Origin: Fidelibacterota bacterium
GTDB lineage: Bacteria; Fidelibacterota; Marinisomatia; Marinisomatales; UBA2128
Direction of reading: 5' to 3'
Length of the DNA: 17,416 nucleotides
Assembly: GCA_046861645.1 (NCBI GenBank)
Contig: JBHHUM010000045.1
Coordinates: 1 to 17,416 of the forward strand
Part shown: positions 15,783 to 17,416 of the stretch, in pieces
Numbering within the stretch: position 1 is the first letter of the stretch
How the letters are laid out: every line of letters starts with the position of its first letter
Made by a program: the position numbers and the translations under genes
Notes under the pieces: model-generated
What the model saw: only the letters and a program-made list of their open reading frames with translations
Databases searched by the model: none
Told to the model about the DNA's origin: nothing

Positions 15783-16412
15783 TTAGTCCCCTGTGCTGGC
15801 CTTCTTATATTCAAGAGATTTAATTTGATTTTTCTCGGGAGCTAACATTCCACCTGAAATGATAGTTTTCATTCCTTGTTCAACTGTCATTTGAGCATCG
15901 ATAGAATCGGCTTCCGGTAAAATGAGCATAAACCCCGATGTGGGGTTGGGAGTAGTTGGTAAAAATACATGGATATAGGTTATTCCTTCCTGATCGACAG
16001 ATTTTCCAGTGACAAAAGCCAGACTCCAAACTCCTTTGCGGGGATATTCTATCAATACAGTACGTTTAAAGGCACGACTGGAAGAACCACCTAATGCCTG
16101 AGTTATCTGTTTGGCAGTGCTGTATACCGATTTAGCAATGGGGATGCGTTGCAACATGGATTCTCCCACTTGTATAAGCTTGCGTCCCAGGATGTTGGTT
16201 ACCAGAATACCGAGAAAGAATATGGAAATAAACGATACAATAAGCCCTAATCCCGGGATATGTAGACCTATAATCCTGTCGATGACCGGGGCGGCCATAC
16301 CATCGAAGAAGTTGAAAAGGAACTGAAGTACCCAGACGGTAGCTGCAATGGGTGCCAGGGTTACCAGCCCGGCAACAATCTTGCCCCGTACTGTCTTCAG
16401 ATAACTACTCAT
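15783..16412 (-). CDS. DUF502 family membrane protein
   Basis: AGLVTLAPIAAT, IPGLG, RIPIAKSVY, VLIEYPRKGVW, FLPTTPNPTSGF, IISGG. Confidence 0.93.
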   Translation of the reverse strand: MSSYLKTVRGKIVAGLVTLAPIAATVWVLQFLFNFFDGMAAPVIDRIIGLHIPGLGLIVSFISIFFLGILVTNILGRKLIQVGESMLQRIPIAKSVYSTAKQITQALGGSSSRAFKRTVLIEYPRKGVWSLAFVTGKSVDQEGITYIHVFLPTTPNPTSGFMLILPEADSIDAQMTVEQGMKTIISGGMLAPEKNQIKSLEYKKASTGD

Positions 16413-16774
16413 CTTCCTTGGGAAAAGTTACATTTCAATCTGTTATGGTACAATTAGAAGGAATGAGGAATATTAAATTGATAATAGACTGTAATAGGAT
16501 TGACTCTTTGTTATAAGGAGTCTCTGTTTGTCACCTATCTCCGATAATAAGTGAATGTCGATTTCGTCTGGTGTAGTATATGCTAACACTAAATTTGGCC
16601 AATAAAACTTGGATTTAATTCCTCTGGTGTTTTTTCAATGATTGTTTCCCAAATAATGTATTTTGACTCTTACAGTATTGCACTCTTTACTTGCTTGGAT
16701 TCCATCTGGAGTATGATAATTCCAGATTAGATCTCTAAATAATTAGAAGGGAGTCAGTCATTAATAGAGGAAGT

Positions 16775-17284
16775 CTATAGAGCCCCTTCTAACCTTAAGA
16801 GGAATTTCTTCATTTCTAATCCACCTCCATAACCACCCAAAGTACCATTGTGAGCAATAACCCGGTGGCAGGGAATGATGACGGGTAATGGATTATGAGC
16901 ATTTGCTCCCCCTACGGCACGAATGGCATGGGGTTTATCCATAAGTTCTGCTATTTCTTTGTAAGAAGCAGTTTCTCCGTAGGGAATACGATTCACCTCC
17001 ATTAACACTCGTGCTCTGAAAGCAGTAGTCCTTAGATCAATAGGTACGGTGAACTGTTTAAGTCTACCCGAAAAGTAAGCAGAAAGCTCTTCTCGAGTAA
17101 ACTGACAGAGGTAATAGTCTTCTGCCAGTTCAGAAATTGGGTGTGTACATTTGTTTTTACCATTTGGTAGAATAATCTGTAGCACCCCCTTTTCAGTAAC
17201 AACAATTTCTAATTTTCCCAGGGGGGTATTTAGTGTTGTGTGATATAGTTTTTCAGGGTGTTGTTTCAACGGAGAGTAAACCAT
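16775..17284 (-). CDS. ogt: Methylated-DNA--protein-cysteine S-methyltransferase
   Basis: TPLG, YFSG, IPYGETASY, RAVGGA..NP, active site IIPCHRV, LGGYGGG. Start could be TTG 17269. Confidence 0.95.
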   Translation of the reverse strand: MVYSPLKQHPEKLYHTTLNTPLGKLEIVVTEKGVLQIILPNGKNKCTHPISELAEDYYLCQFTREELSAYFSGRLKQFTVPIDLRTTAFRARVLMEVNRIPYGETASYKEIAELMDKPHAIRAVGGANAHNPLPVIIPCHRVIAHNGTLGGYGGGLEMKKFLLRLEGAL

Positions 17285-17416
17285 TAGGCCGGTAATTTAC
17301 AAAAAATACTCCAGTAAGGATAAGAATCGCTCCTAACAGCATTCGGGGAGTAAACTGTTCACCTAACAGTTGCCAGCCAATTAACAACGCAATGATAGGT
17401 GGAATAAGAGCAATTG
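17253..17416 (-). CDS. 3' end of an EamA/DMT family transporter (partial, runs off the window; absent from the ORF track)
   Basis: The minus frame from 17414 reads IALIPPIIALLIGWQLLGEQFTPRMLLGAILILTGVFFVNYRPNGLLSVETTP*, with the P..A...G...LGE...G..LI..G pattern of EamA C-termini. Confidence 0.85.
   Translation of the reverse strand, partial: IALIPPIIALLIGWQLLGEQFTPRMLLGAILILTGVFFVNYRPNGLLSVETTP

Noticed and set aside
16580..16670. Minus-strand fragment ESKYIIWETIIEKTPEEL resembling a DUF86/HepT C-terminus
   Set aside because: Too short, and lacks the RxxxxH motif or a partner gene; probably chance.

Overview
Gene-dense bacterial chromosomal window. T9SS-like C-terminal sorting tail, Gln-ending signal peptides and the gene mix suggest an FCB-superphylum organism (Marinimicrobia-like; inference). 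All family calls come from motif recognition, not database searches. Left to right: a perfect palindrome, a strikingly eukaryote-like PTC7/PP2C phosphatase and an AAA_14/DUF4143 ATPase (minus strand). On the plus strand follow a DUF2914 membrane protein, an extended SDR, a DUF2231 membrane protein, a Tat-type amidohydrolase and an alpha/beta hydrolase. Next is a stand-alone 74-aa tandem-repeat basic protein with its own promoter, an array of four palindromic boxes and a terminator. A tightly packed plus-strand run begins with four heme-c-motif genes: a cytochrome with a T9SS-like tail, a lipoprotein cytochrome with CX3CH, a Cyc2-like cytochrome-porin fusion and a periplasmic diheme cytochrome. 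It continues with an M20 dipeptidase, an Omp85/BamA-like protein, DUF885 and an unannotated RidA pseudogene. On the minus strand are plsY (preceded by an unannotated coupled 26-aa ORF), DUF502, ogt and the 3' end of an EamA transporter. The best candidate for an undescribed system is the four-gene trans-envelope cytochrome cassette at 7765-10270. No rRNA, tRNA, CRISPR or transposase was recognised.
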